26,817 nucleotides of DNA from Elusimicrobiota bacterium (GCA_037137395.1 JBAXKK010000030.1:1-26817); one strand, 5' to 3'; shown: positions 9,088 to 17,933, numbered from the stretch's first letter. Numbers and translations: made by a program. Notes: generated by a model from the letters alone, not told the origin.

Positions 9088-9146
9088 ACGCGGGGAATTT
9101 TTTGTAAAATAGCTTAACGGTAAAAACATCTCAAAGGACAACCAGC

Positions 9147-10493
9147 ATGAAAATACTTTCGCTCAACTGCGGCAGCTCGTCAGTTAAATACTCTCTTTTT
9201 GACTGGGAAAACAAATTGCCTCTCGCTTCCGGCGTGGTGGAGAGGGTTGGTACCGGGGGATCGTTCGTTAGCCACGAAGTGCCGGGCCGCGAGAAGCTTG
9301 AGCGGAGTCATGATTGTCCGACCCACAGAGAGGCGATTAAACTGGTAATAGATACTCTGACCAACAAAGACCACGGCGTCATTTCGGACCTTAAGGTAAT
9401 CACTGCCGTCGGCCACAGAGTGGTGCACGGCGGCGAAAAGTTTGTCAAATCGGTACGCATCGACGACAGCACGCTCGCGGCCTTTAATGATCTGGCGGGG
9501 TTGGCGCCGCTGCATAATCCGCCGAATATCCTCGGCATAGAGGCAGCCAAGGACCTGATGCCCAAGATCCCTCATATGGCCATAATGGACACGGCCTGGC
9601 ACCAGACCATGCCGGCATCCTCATACCTTTACGCGCTTCCCTACAAGTGGTATAAAGATTACGCTATCCGGCGTTATGGGTTCCACGGAACCTCGTTCCT
9701 CTACGTGGCAAAGCGCGCAAGCGTAATCCTGGGTAAGGACCCTTTTAAGACGAACACCATAATTTGCCACATCGGCAACGGCGCTTCTGTTAACGCGGTG
9801 AAGAATGGATTGTCATATGACACCAGTATGGGTTTCACCCCCCTGGAAGGCCTTGTGATGGGGACGCGCTCAGGTGACCACGACCCCGCCATCGGACTTT
9901 ACGTTATGGAGAAAGAAGGTTTAAAGGCCAAAGAAATGGACGCCATACTAAATAAGAAGTCCGGGATCCTTGGCATCACCGAGAAATTCACCGACCGCAG
10001 GGATGTGGAAATGGCGGCGGAGGACGGAGATGAACGCGCCAAACTGACAATAGAAATGGAGTCATACCGCCTGAAAAAATATATCGGGGCTTACGCGGCC
10101 GCCGTTGGCGGAGTGGACGCCATAGTGTTTACCGCCGGCGTCGGAGAGAAAGGCCCCATCACCAGGGCCAAAGCGCTGGACGGGCTGGAATTTCTGGGCG
10201 TGAAGTACGATTCCGCCAAGAATGAGATATCTCGAACCCGCAACGCGGAGACTGAAATTTCCGCAAAAAATTCCAAGGTTAAGGTTTTTGTTATACCGAC
10301 CGACGAGGAAAGGGTTTTTGTGGAGGATGTGGCCGGCCTGCTGGACGGCACTTACGATATTCATACCAAGTTCGCTTACACATTCCAGAAGCCGGGCTAC
10401 CGCAACACTCTGCGCGACCGGGCTTTTGAAAAAGAATGCGTCAAGAAACCAGGATTGCGGGACATAGCTGTAGATCCTCCCCATAAGCCGTAA
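9147..10493 (+). CDS. ackA: Acetate kinase
   Basis: LNCGSSSVK, GHRVVHGG, LAPLHNP, RRYGFHGTS, HIGNGAS, TSMGFTPLEGL, FTAGVGE, IPTDEE. Confidence 0.97.
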   Translation: MKILSLNCGSSSVKYSLFDWENKLPLASGVVERVGTGGSFVSHEVPGREKLERSHDCPTHREAIKLVIDTLTNKDHGVISDLKVITAVGHRVVHGGEKFVKSVRIDDSTLAAFNDLAGLAPLHNPPNILGIEAAKDLMPKIPHMAIMDTAWHQTMPASSYLYALPYKWYKDYAIRRYGFHGTSFLYVAKRASVILGKDPFKTNTIICHIGNGASVNAVKNGLSYDTSMGFTPLEGLVMGTRSGDHDPAIGLYVMEKEGLKAKEMDAILNKKSGILGITEKFTDRRDVEMAAEDGDERAKLTIEMESYRLKKYIGAYAAAVGGVDAIVFTAGVGEKGPITRAKALDGLEFLGVKYDSAKNEISRTRNAETEISAKNSKVKVFVIPTDEERVFVEDVAGLLDGTYDIHTKFAYTFQKPGYRNTLRDRAFEKECVKKPGLRDIAVDPPHKP

Positions 10494-10504
10494 GCCATAA
10501 TTTA

Positions 10505-11503
10505 ATGAAAGATATAAAGAACCGCATAATTGTCACTCTTTTAGCTCTGCTTGTGCTTTTTTCGGCGGGCGTGGGCGGTTACATGCTGATAGAGGGCTGG
10601 AATGCCCTGGACGCCCTTTATATGACGGTCATTACTCTGGCAACCATCGGATATGGTGAGACGCATCCCCTGTCGGACGCCGGACGGGTGTTCACTATTT
10701 TGTTAATCCTGGGTGGAATAGGAACAATGACGTATATCTTTTCCAGTATTACCGCCCTCTTGATAGAAGGCGAACTGAAAGACATATTCAGGAGACTAAA
10801 AATGGAATACAAAATTGATACCATGAAGGACCATTACCTGGTCTGCGGGGCCACTCATACCGGACTGAGCATTGCCCAGGAGCTGGCCGCCACCAAGCGT
10901 CCGTTTATTCTTATCGTGTTGGAGGAAGCTGAGGTCCGAAAATTCATGGAAATGGGATATTGCACTATCGCCGGCGACGCGTCCACCGACGCCACCCTGT
11001 TAAAATGCGGTGTTAAGAACGCCAAAGGCATCTTCTGTACACTCAAGCAAGACAAGGACAACGCTTTTATAGCTATCACCGCCCGTGTCCTGAAGCCGGA
11101 TATCCGGATAATAACGGTGCAGAACGAGAACGATACGGCTATGCGCGAGAAGTTGCTGCGCAGCGGTGCGGACATTGTGATAAGTCCTTTCCATATCGGC
11201 GGTCTGCGGATGGCGTCCGAGATGGTGCGTCCGAGCACGGCTCAGTTCCTTGATCAGATGATGCGTGACGGCAGAAATTTCAGGTTTGAAGATGTTCCCG
11301 CCGGCGCCGGCGCGGCCGGGCGAAAATTATCCGAGTTCAACGGCGGAGAAGGCGACTGTCCTCTGGTAGTGGCGGTGAAGAACGCCTGCGGCAGTTCATA
11401 CGACATTAATCCGTCGGGTTCCAGGCAGGTAAAGGAAGACGACATATTTGTTGTTATCGGCAGTCCCGATGAATTGATAAAATTCCGCGCCAGAGTGGCG
11501 TAA
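10505..11503 (+). CDS. Potassium channel with RCK (TrkA-N/TrkA-C) domains
   Basis: Two TM helices plus pore filter TLATIGYGE; RCK-N segment (GDASTDATL…GAD); C-terminal TrkA-C-like region. Confidence 0.9.
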   Translation: MKDIKNRIIVTLLALLVLFSAGVGGYMLIEGWNALDALYMTVITLATIGYGETHPLSDAGRVFTILLILGGIGTMTYIFSSITALLIEGELKDIFRRLKMEYKIDTMKDHYLVCGATHTGLSIAQELAATKRPFILIVLEEAEVRKFMEMGYCTIAGDASTDATLLKCGVKNAKGIFCTLKQDKDNAFIAITARVLKPDIRIITVQNENDTAMREKLLRSGADIVISPFHIGGLRMASEMVRPSTAQFLDQMMRDGRNFRFEDVPAGAGAAGRKLSEFNGGEGDCPLVVAVKNACGSSYDINPSGSRQVKEDDIFVVIGSPDELIKFRARVA

Positions 11504-11522
11504 AAAGCGGAAAAAGTAATAC

Positions 11523-11556
11523 AAAGCCCCGGACGTCTAAGACGTCCAGGGCTTTT
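11523..11556. terminator. Intrinsic terminator, probably bidirectional
   Basis: AAAGCCC-c-GGACGTC-TAA-GACGTCC-a-GGGCTTTT between convergent genes. Confidence 0.8.
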
Positions 11557-11622
11557 GCGATTATAACGGATGCCGCTTGCGACTTGGGCGGATGCCTGCC
11601 CGCCGTTTCCGCGGAAACCGGA

Positions 11623-12111
11623 CTATTTCCCCTGAGTTGGAGTTTCCGCTTCTGGCGTCTGGACCGGAGCGGCGCTGGAGACTGTGAAGGTGACTACCGC
11701 AAGCACTTTGCCGGCCTCGTCGGTGGTTTCCACTTTCCAGGTGCCCGGCCATACCGATTTGTAGCTCCATACGCGGTAGGTTTTGGCGTTTACGCTAAGT
11801 TCAATTTCGGCCGCTTTTTTTTCATCGGCGTAGTAGACATGCTTAATTTTTACCGGAGTTACAGTGGTGGTGATTCTGGCCCAGGTATAAACCCGTCCTA
11901 TGGTCTTGTCAAAAGAGGAAGTTTCATTTACCGGTTCTTTGTTATCCACGGCGGCCGCGGTGACCATCTTCTCCACTTTGATTCCCGGCGTCGGGGTCTG
12001 CTTGGTCTCTTTGGCCACTGTGAGCGCTTTATCCGGTTCCTGCGCGGGGGTCTGGGCGTAAGCATAGCCGGAGATTACCGCGAATGTTGCGGCTAATAAT
12101 GCTTTCTTCAT
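11623..12111 (-). CDS. Exported DUF2914-domain protein
   Basis: Signal peptide (AYA); KIKHVYY, YRVWSYKSVWPGTWKVET motif typical of DUF2914; AGGAGG SD. Confidence 0.8.
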   Translation of the reverse strand: MKKALLAATFAVISGYAYAQTPAQEPDKALTVAKETKQTPTPGIKVEKMVTAAAVDNKEPVNETSSFDKTIGRVYTWARITTTVTPVKIKHVYYADEKKAAEIELSVNAKTYRVWSYKSVWPGTWKVETTDEAGKVLAVVTFTVSSAAPVQTPEAETPTQGK

Positions 12112-12190
12112 ACTTTAGGGGCCTCCTGTTAAAGTGAATAATATTATTATACTTAAAAACCGCAGAGTCAAAAAAGCGAGAACGGGTCAA

Positions 12191-12504
12191 CCCAAATCCT
12201 CCGCTAAGATAAAAAAGTGGCTATTCTGTATTGGAAGGATGGTGGCGGGGTGGCAGCCATGGGTCGGATCGGGCCGAGGAGGAACCGGCGCGAAGGCCGC
12301 CTGTTGGCCATAGGCCCTGTTGCGGCACGCCCATAGGTCAGTCGCCGGGCCGGCCGCAGGCCCGATGGGCCCCAATGGGTTGACAGGACCCCGAACTTGC
12401 AGCCCGCCGCCATTTTCGACTTTCACCCATTGGGTGAAATCTTCCCATCAATGACGCGGGCACTCTAGCGGAGGATTGGGGCCAAGAGAACGCTTTATCT
12501 TAGC
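12191..12504. mobile_element. Putative MITE-like or structured non-coding element
   Basis: 12-bp perfect terminal inverted repeat AATCCTCCGCTA (12195-12206) / TAGCGGAGGATT (12466-12477); nested internal stems; related element at ~17667. Confidence 0.5.
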
Positions 12505-12529
12505 CAGTCTAATTTGTTAGAATTTCCCT

Positions 12530-12766
12530 ATGAAGCTTCGCAATATGCTCCTGCTCGGTATTCCCGCCATAGTATTCTGGGTGATTTTGATATTTGTGCT
12601 GGGCATATTTCTTATTAAATGGTTCTGGATGTGGACCATCCCCGGACTTTTTCCCGGAGCGGTGGCCGCCGGGCTTGTCGCTTCGAAGATTTCATGGTGG
12701 ACCGCGCTTAAACTTTCCGTGCTTGTGGCTTTGCTCGCGGCGATAACCAACATTTCCAAAGACTAG
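12530..12766 (+). CDS. Small membrane protein of unknown function
   Basis: 78 aa, hydrophobic, with KWFWMWTIPGLFP and ISWWTALKL segments; occupies an otherwise empty interval. Confidence 0.7.
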   Translation: MKLRNMLLLGIPAIVFWVILIFVLGIFLIKWFWMWTIPGLFPGAVAAGLVASKISWWTALKLSVLVALLAAITNISKD

Positions 12767-12886
12767 CGCAGCGCTGTCCGCCTGTCCCTGCTCCCGCTGA
12801 TAGAGGGCGGCCTTCGGCGGAAAGTTTTTGACTGTGCATGTATGTTTATATTTTGACTCTCGGATGTTCAAGGTTTTGGGGACTGC

Positions 12887-14122
12887 TTGAAAAAAATATT
12901 CTCGAGTTTAACGCTTGGTGTCCTGCCGGCTTTATTATTGCTGGGGGCCTGCTCAAGGCCCAAATCCCCCCTGGAAGCCTCCACTATAACAGTCTGGGAG
13001 CAGGAAGACGCCCAGGTCGCCCCCTATATAGATTCTGTGTTTGCAGCTTTCAAAGCGCTCCCCGAAAATAAAGGCGTCCAGATAGTAAGGACCCATTACC
13101 AGACCGAGGACCTGCGCTCGCAGTTTCAGGCGGCCTCGCTGGCCGGAGTGGCTCCGGAATTGATCATGTGTCCATCGGATACCGCCGGCCTTTTCGCCGT
13201 TTCCGGTTTTATACGCCCCGTTGACAGCCTGATCGACGCTTCTAAATTTAATAAGGCCGTGGTTCAGGCTATCACGCTGGACGGGCACATCTGGGGCGTG
13301 CCGGTTTCTAACGGCAACCATTTGATGCTGTTCTTTAATAAAAAGTACGCGAAGACCGCGCCCAAAGACACTGATGAACTTTTCAGGTTCTGCGCCAACG
13401 AAGCAAAGGCCTATAAACTTGACTTCTGCATGGCTTTCGACATGGGCGAACCATTTTGGCTCACGCCCTGGCTGGCGGCCTTCGGCGGCTGGCCCATAGA
13501 CAATAAAACCCCCACGCTGGATACCCCGGCCATGCGCGCCGCCATGAACTTCTATCTGGACCTCAAATTTAATAAAAAATACGCCCCGCCGGAATGCGAT
13601 TACAACTGCATGGATTCGTTGTTCAAAGAAGGCAAGACGGCTTTTATCATCAACGGCGATTGGGCAATCTCCGGCTACCAGCAGCATTTTAAAAATGATT
13701 TCGGCCTGGGTCTTATACCGCGGCTATCCTCAACCGGGCTTTGGCCCGCGCCTATGATAAGCGGTAAATATTTCATGGTAAGTTCCGGAGTGAAGCCTGA
13801 GAAGCTGGACCTGATCAAGCGCCTGATGGATTTTTACACCACCCGCGACAACCAGATAAGGCAGTTCAAGGAGCTTCAGCGCCTGCCGGCTCTGGCGGAG
13901 GCGTCAAATGCGCCTGAGATCACCGGCACGGAAGTTTCAGGGGTGTCCATGATGCAGATCTCAAAAGGCCGCCCAATGTCCATGGCTACCGAAATGCGCG
14001 CGGTCTGGGATTCGGCCAGGAATTATCTGGGACTTGCCACCTCCAGGAAGCTAAGCGTGGAAGACGCCTCCCGCAAGATGCAGGAGAACGCCATGCAGAA
14101 AATATCGGAGATGAACAGATAA
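12887..14122 (+). CDS. malE: Sugar ABC transporter substrate-binding lipoprotein (MalE-like)
   Basis: TTG start, lipobox LLGAC, LFFNKK, LFKEGKTAFIINGDW, EMRAVWD; upstream of two permeases. Confidence 0.85.
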   Translation: MKKIFSSLTLGVLPALLLLGACSRPKSPLEASTITVWEQEDAQVAPYIDSVFAAFKALPENKGVQIVRTHYQTEDLRSQFQAASLAGVAPELIMCPSDTAGLFAVSGFIRPVDSLIDASKFNKAVVQAITLDGHIWGVPVSNGNHLMLFFNKKYAKTAPKDTDELFRFCANEAKAYKLDFCMAFDMGEPFWLTPWLAAFGGWPIDNKTPTLDTPAMRAAMNFYLDLKFNKKYAPPECDYNCMDSLFKEGKTAFIINGDWAISGYQQHFKNDFGLGLIPRLSSTGLWPAPMISGKYFMVSSGVKPEKLDLIKRLMDFYTTRDNQIRQFKELQRLPALAEASNAPEITGTEVSGVSMMQISKGRPMSMATEMRAVWDSARNYLGLATSRKLSVEDASRKMQENAMQKISEMNR

Positions 14123-14242
14123 TCATAGCGCTTTGCGCTATGATTGCCATAGGCCATAGGCCATAAGCCATAGGCTTTAGGACATACGCGGAATTTAAGG
14201 AACTCCTTAAAAGCGTATGGCATATGGCTTAAAACGTACGGC
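14121..14242 (+). repeat. Composite intergenic repeat module, copy 1
   Basis: 11-bp stem with triloop (14121-14145), GCCATAR x4 plus degenerate units, TTAAGGAACTCCTTAAAAGC core, inverted NTATGGC units. Confidence 0.85.
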
Positions 14243-14265
14243 AGATATATCGAAATTAATTTTAT

Positions 14266-15456
14266 ATGGATATCCTTTACTCAATTTACGAAGTGCTCTG
14301 GTTCGTGCTTATCGTTGTCGCCGGCATTGCTCTGATAGAGGGCTATTTCTATTACCATTTCAAGTTTTATGACCGGCGGTGGTTCTACCCCGTAGCGCTT
14401 ACCGCGTTTCCGATGGCGGCCGCCGCGCTGGCGCGCGCTCTGGGGCTGGCGACGGACCCGGTCAAACCCTTGCTTTGGTTCCTGGGCTCGGAAGCCCTGA
14501 TCGTGCTTTTCTTCCGCCATGTGGTGAGGGGCCGTAACAAACTGGCTTATATGCTGCTGGCACCCGCCTTCATCGGTCTGGCCCTGCTACTGGTCTATCC
14601 GTTTATTTTCGAGATTTACCTTTCTTTTCACGACCTGAAGCTTACCACTATTATGGCGTGGAAGAATACCGGTTACCTGCCGTTTGTCGGCTTCCGGCAA
14701 TACGCGGACGTCTTTATGACCTCCCCGCTTTCCGAAGTCACTTTTTTGGCGCTCCTGGGACGCACGCTGTGGTGGACTTTTATTAACGTGTTTTTTCACG
14801 TCGCCGGCGGCTTCGCGCTGGCTCTGCTGCTGAATAATAATATCCGCTTCAAAGGCTTTTACCGCACGCTCCTGGTAATCCCCTGGGCCATGCCGCAGGT
14901 TGTGGCTGTGTTGGCTATGCGCGGCGAATTTCATTCCCAATACGGGTTTATAAATATCATGCTGGCCAGGCTCACGGCTGCTTATCCGTTTTTGACAGAT
15001 ATCGGGATTGGACCGGTGCAGTGGCTGAGCAATTATCCGCTTATGACCTGCACGCTCATCAATATCTGGCTGGGCATCCCTTTTATGATGGTTGTTATAC
15101 TCGGCGGCCTGCAGTCTATTTCCAGTTCCTATTACGACGCCGCCGACATAGACGGGGCCTCCTATCTTCAGAAGCTGCGCTATATAACCATCCCGCTCAT
15201 CCGTCCGGTGCTGATGCCAGCCATTACCCTGGGCACGGTCTGGACCTTCAATAATATTAATGTGATTTATCTTGTCACCGGCCAGTCGGGCGGCACCGAG
15301 CGGGCCGATATCCTGGTCTCGGCGCTATACAAGGCGGCTTTTACTTATAACCGCTACAGCTATTCGGCGGCTTTCGCTATTGTCATCTTCGCCATATTGT
15401 TCTTTGTCTCCGTGTTCTATTTGAAATCTTTCGACGCGGCGAAGGAGGAAAGATAG
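14266..15456 (+). CDS. malF: Sugar ABC transporter permease (MalF-like)
   Basis: LLVIPWAMP, WLGIPFMM, EAA-like loop YYDAADIDGAS, FNNINVIYL. Confidence 0.88.
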   Translation: MDILYSIYEVLWFVLIVVAGIALIEGYFYYHFKFYDRRWFYPVALTAFPMAAAALARALGLATDPVKPLLWFLGSEALIVLFFRHVVRGRNKLAYMLLAPAFIGLALLLVYPFIFEIYLSFHDLKLTTIMAWKNTGYLPFVGFRQYADVFMTSPLSEVTFLALLGRTLWWTFINVFFHVAGGFALALLLNNNIRFKGFYRTLLVIPWAMPQVVAVLAMRGEFHSQYGFINIMLARLTAAYPFLTDIGIGPVQWLSNYPLMTCTLINIWLGIPFMMVVILGGLQSISSSYYDAADIDGASYLQKLRYITIPLIRPVLMPAITLGTVWTFNNINVIYLVTGQSGGTERADILVSALYKAAFTYNRYSYSAAFAIVIFAILFFVSVFYLKSFDAAKEER

Positions 15457-15511
15457 TAGCGCTGCGCGTTATTATCGCCATAGGCTGTAGGCCATAAGCC
15501 ATAGGCTTTCG
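15452..15511 (+). repeat. Composite intergenic repeat module, copy 2 (truncated)
   Basis: GATAGTAGCGC-TGC-GCGTTATTATC stem followed by GCCATAG GCTGTAG GCCATAA GCCATAG GCTTTCG. Confidence 0.8.
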
Positions 15512-15524
15512 ACGGGAAAATTTT

Positions 15525-16379
15525 ATGAATAAAGAAGCCGCTATACAGAAACGGAAGAAATTTTTAAAGTATCTGCTTATCCACTTGGCCATAATCGCCT
15601 TCGTGGTCGTCTGCGTCTATCCACTGCTGCGCATCCTGTCAATTTCCATGCGCCCCGGAGATAAGCTGATCTCAACCGATCTCGCGCTTCTCCCGGCCGG
15701 GGCTACCTTCGGCGCCTACATCCGGCTGATAAAAGAGACGCTGTTTCTGCGCTGGCTCTGGAATTCGCTGCTCATCACCGTGGCCACCTCTTTTATTGGC
15801 GTCAGCCTTGCATCTACCGCGGCCTACGCGTTCTCCCGCTTTAAATTTGGCGGCAAAAAGGGCGGCCTTATACTTTTGCTATCGACGCAGATGATTCCGG
15901 CCGGTATGCTCATCCTGCCTTTGTTCCTGATGATCATGAAGCTCGGTCTGATGAACACCTATCTCGGCATGATCATCGCCTATTCAGTATCCTCGTTGCC
16001 TTTCAGCATCTGGATACTCAAAGGTTATTACGACACTATCCCCCGCTCGCTTGAGGAGGCCGCGCTGGTGGACGGCACCAGCCAGTTGGGGGCGTTCTAC
16101 CGCATCATTCTGCCGCTTTCCACCCCGGCGCTCAGCATCGCCTTCCTGTTTAATTTTACCACCGCCTGGAACGAGTATCTGGTGGCGAGAGTCGTGCTGT
16201 TCAGCTCCAAGCAGTATACCTGGACGCTGGGACTTTTTGAGCTGCAGGGGCAGTACATCACACAGTGGGGCATGTTCGCCGCCGGTTCTATGCTGGTAAC
16301 CGTGCCCGTGCTTATAGTGTTCCTGTATTCGTCCAAGTGGCTGATCTCAGGCCTGACGCTGGGCAGCGTAAAAGGATAG
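15525..16379 (+). CDS. malG: Sugar ABC transporter permease (MalG-like)
   Basis: AAYAFSRFKF, KGYYDTIPRSLEEAALVDG (EAA motif), WNEY, WGMFAAG, GLTLGSVKG. Confidence 0.9.
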   Translation: MNKEAAIQKRKKFLKYLLIHLAIIAFVVVCVYPLLRILSISMRPGDKLISTDLALLPAGATFGAYIRLIKETLFLRWLWNSLLITVATSFIGVSLASTAAYAFSRFKFGGKKGGLILLLSTQMIPAGMLILPLFLMIMKLGLMNTYLGMIIAYSVSSLPFSIWILKGYYDTIPRSLEEAALVDGTSQLGAFYRIILPLSTPALSIAFLFNFTTAWNEYLVARVVLFSSKQYTWTLGLFELQGQYITQWGMFAAGSMLVTVPVLIVFLYSSKWLISGLTLGSVKG

Positions 16380-16380
16380 G

Positions 16381-16486
16381 CATGGCGCGCTGCGCCATGA
16401 TCGCCATAAGCCATAAGCCGTTTGCCATATGCAGTTAAGGAACTCCTTAAAAGCAAATGGCCAATAGCGAGGGGCCAATGGCAAAC
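16381..16486 (+). repeat. Composite intergenic repeat module, copy 3
   Basis: CATGGCGC-GCT-GCGCCATG stem, GCCATAA x2 plus degenerate units, TTAAGGAACTCCTTAAAAGC (16435-16454), inverted NAATGGC-like units. Confidence 0.85.
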
Positions 16487-16519
16487 ATTGTTAATTAGGT
16501 TGCAAACAAGGACCAACTT

Positions 16520-17653
16520 ATGGCTGAAGTGACATTTTCCAAAGTAACCAAAAAATTCAACGAAAACCTGATCCTGAACGGCGTGGACGCCGAGATACGC
16601 GACCACGAGTTCGTTGTTATCGTCGGGCCTTCGGGCTGCGGTAAAACCACGCTGCTAAGGATGCTGGCCGGGCTTGAGGAAATAACCGACGGCGAGATCT
16701 TTATTGATAAAGTTTTGGTAAATAATATGCACCCGAGCAAGCGCCAGATAGCCATGGTCTTCCAGGATTACGCCCTTTATCCCCACATGACCGTGGAAGA
16801 AAACATGAGCTTCGCTCTGCGTCTGCGCAAGGCGCCTAAGGCCGAGATAGCGCAGCGCGTAACCGAGGCCGCCAACATCCTCCAATTAACCAAGCTGCTG
16901 CACCGCATGCCCAAGCAGCTCTCCGGCGGCCAGCGCCAGCGCGTGGCCATAGGCCGCGCTATCGTGCGCAAGCCGAAGGTGTTCCTGTTTGACGAGCCGC
17001 TCTCTAACCTTGACGCCAAACTGCGCGAAGAGATGCGCGTGGAGATAGCCAAGCTTTACCAGCGTCTTAACGCCACCATCATCTATGTCACGCATGACCA
17101 GGTGGAGGCCATGACTCTGGCCGGCAGGATAATGGTGATGAACCACGGGATCATTCAACAGGTGGGCACCCCCATCGAGGTATACCGCAAGCCTGAGAAC
17201 CTTTTTGTCGCCGGCTTTATCGGCAGTCCGACTATGAATTTTATCCGCGGCAAGCTCTGCGCGCAGGGTGAAAAGCTGTATTTAAAGAACGACGCGATGA
17301 ATCTTTTTATCCCCTCTTTCCTCCTGTCCAATACGGCTGCCAACGACGGCCGGGAAGTGGTCATAGGCATACGCCCCGACGATGTGTTGGTCGTATCCTC
17401 TCCTCAGCCCGGCGCCGCGCAGGAGCATAATCCGGCGAATAAGAAATGTTCTGAAAAAATGGAAGGGATGTTGGAGGTCAGCGAGCTTCTGGGACACCGT
17501 GAGAATCTTTACATCAAAGTCGGAGACACCCGCGTTCTGGCCACGGTTGAGGCTTTTTTTAATCAGAGCCCGGGCAGCAAGGTCTCGTTTTGTTTCAACT
17601 ATGAAAATGTGCACGTTTTTGACAAGGCCACCACGCGGCGCATAAACGGCTAA
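16520..17653 (+). CDS. malK: Sugar ABC transporter ATP-binding protein (MalK/MsmX-like)
   Basis: [55 protein letters not shown]-terminal TOBE-like region. Confidence 0.92.
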   Translation: MAEVTFSKVTKKFNENLILNGVDAEIRDHEFVVIVGPSGCGKTTLLRMLAGLEEITDGEIFIDKVLVNNMHPSKRQIAMVFQDYALYPHMTVEENMSFALRLRKAPKAEIAQRVTEAANILQLTKLLHRMPKQLSGGQRQRVAIGRAIVRKPKVFLFDEPLSNLDAKLREEMRVEIAKLYQRLNATIIYVTHDQVEAMTLAGRIMVMNHGIIQQVGTPIEVYRKPENLFVAGFIGSPTMNFIRGKLCAQGEKLYLKNDAMNLFIPSFLLSNTAANDGREVVIGIRPDDVLVVSSPQPGAAQEHNPANKKCSEKMEGMLEVSELLGHRENLYIKVGDTRVLATVEAFFNQSPGSKVSFCFNYENVHVFDKATTRRING

Positions 17654-17666
17654 ACAGCGAAATAGT

Positions 17667-17933
17667 CCCTAATCCTTCGTTAAGGCAAGTACAAAACTTT
17701 AACAGGCTGATATTGGAGCGGGCGCTGGGGGATCTGGGTTAGCGAAACCCTCCGGACGCCGAGACTTGCATAGCGGCGAGGCGGGGTGGAGCTTTGCGAC
17801 ACTGGGCCCGCACGGGAAGTGCGGCCACGGTGTGGCCGACACTGGTTTCGCGTTCCAGTCCCCCGGCACCTGCGAACCGGAAGATTACAACTATAAGTGA
17901 AGCCCACTTCCAAATTTTGTAAATCCGGGCCAA
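17667..17933. other. Second structured intergenic element related to 12191-12504
   Basis: Left end matches 12191-12212 at 17/22 positions; long GC-rich nested stems from 17718 to 17873. Confidence 0.45.

Noticed and set aside
11587..11602. GGCGGATGCCTGCCCG resembling the glmS ribozyme core
   Set aside because: The upstream AGCGCC and GACGAGG elements are absent, and there is no glmS downstream.
11584..12096. 170-aa plus-strand ORF
   Set aside because: It is the antisense shadow of the DUF2914 gene.
12187..12426. Short ORFs (79 and 69 aa) in the structured element; likewise 17680-17933
   Set aside because: No recognisable motifs; explained by GC-rich palindromic sequence.
12828..12856. TTGACT-based promoter for malE; a similar one upstream of the DUF2914 gene
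   Set aside because: Spacing to the best -10 hexamer is only 13-14 nt, too irregular to call.
17720..17875. Cobalamin riboswitch (CACTG…GGGAAG…ACCTGC fragments) upstream of ferredoxin
   Set aside because: The 5' GGGAA/GGTG-AA-TCC and GCAACTGT elements and the full B12 box are missing, and the predicted promoter lies downstream of it. A cmscan would settle it.
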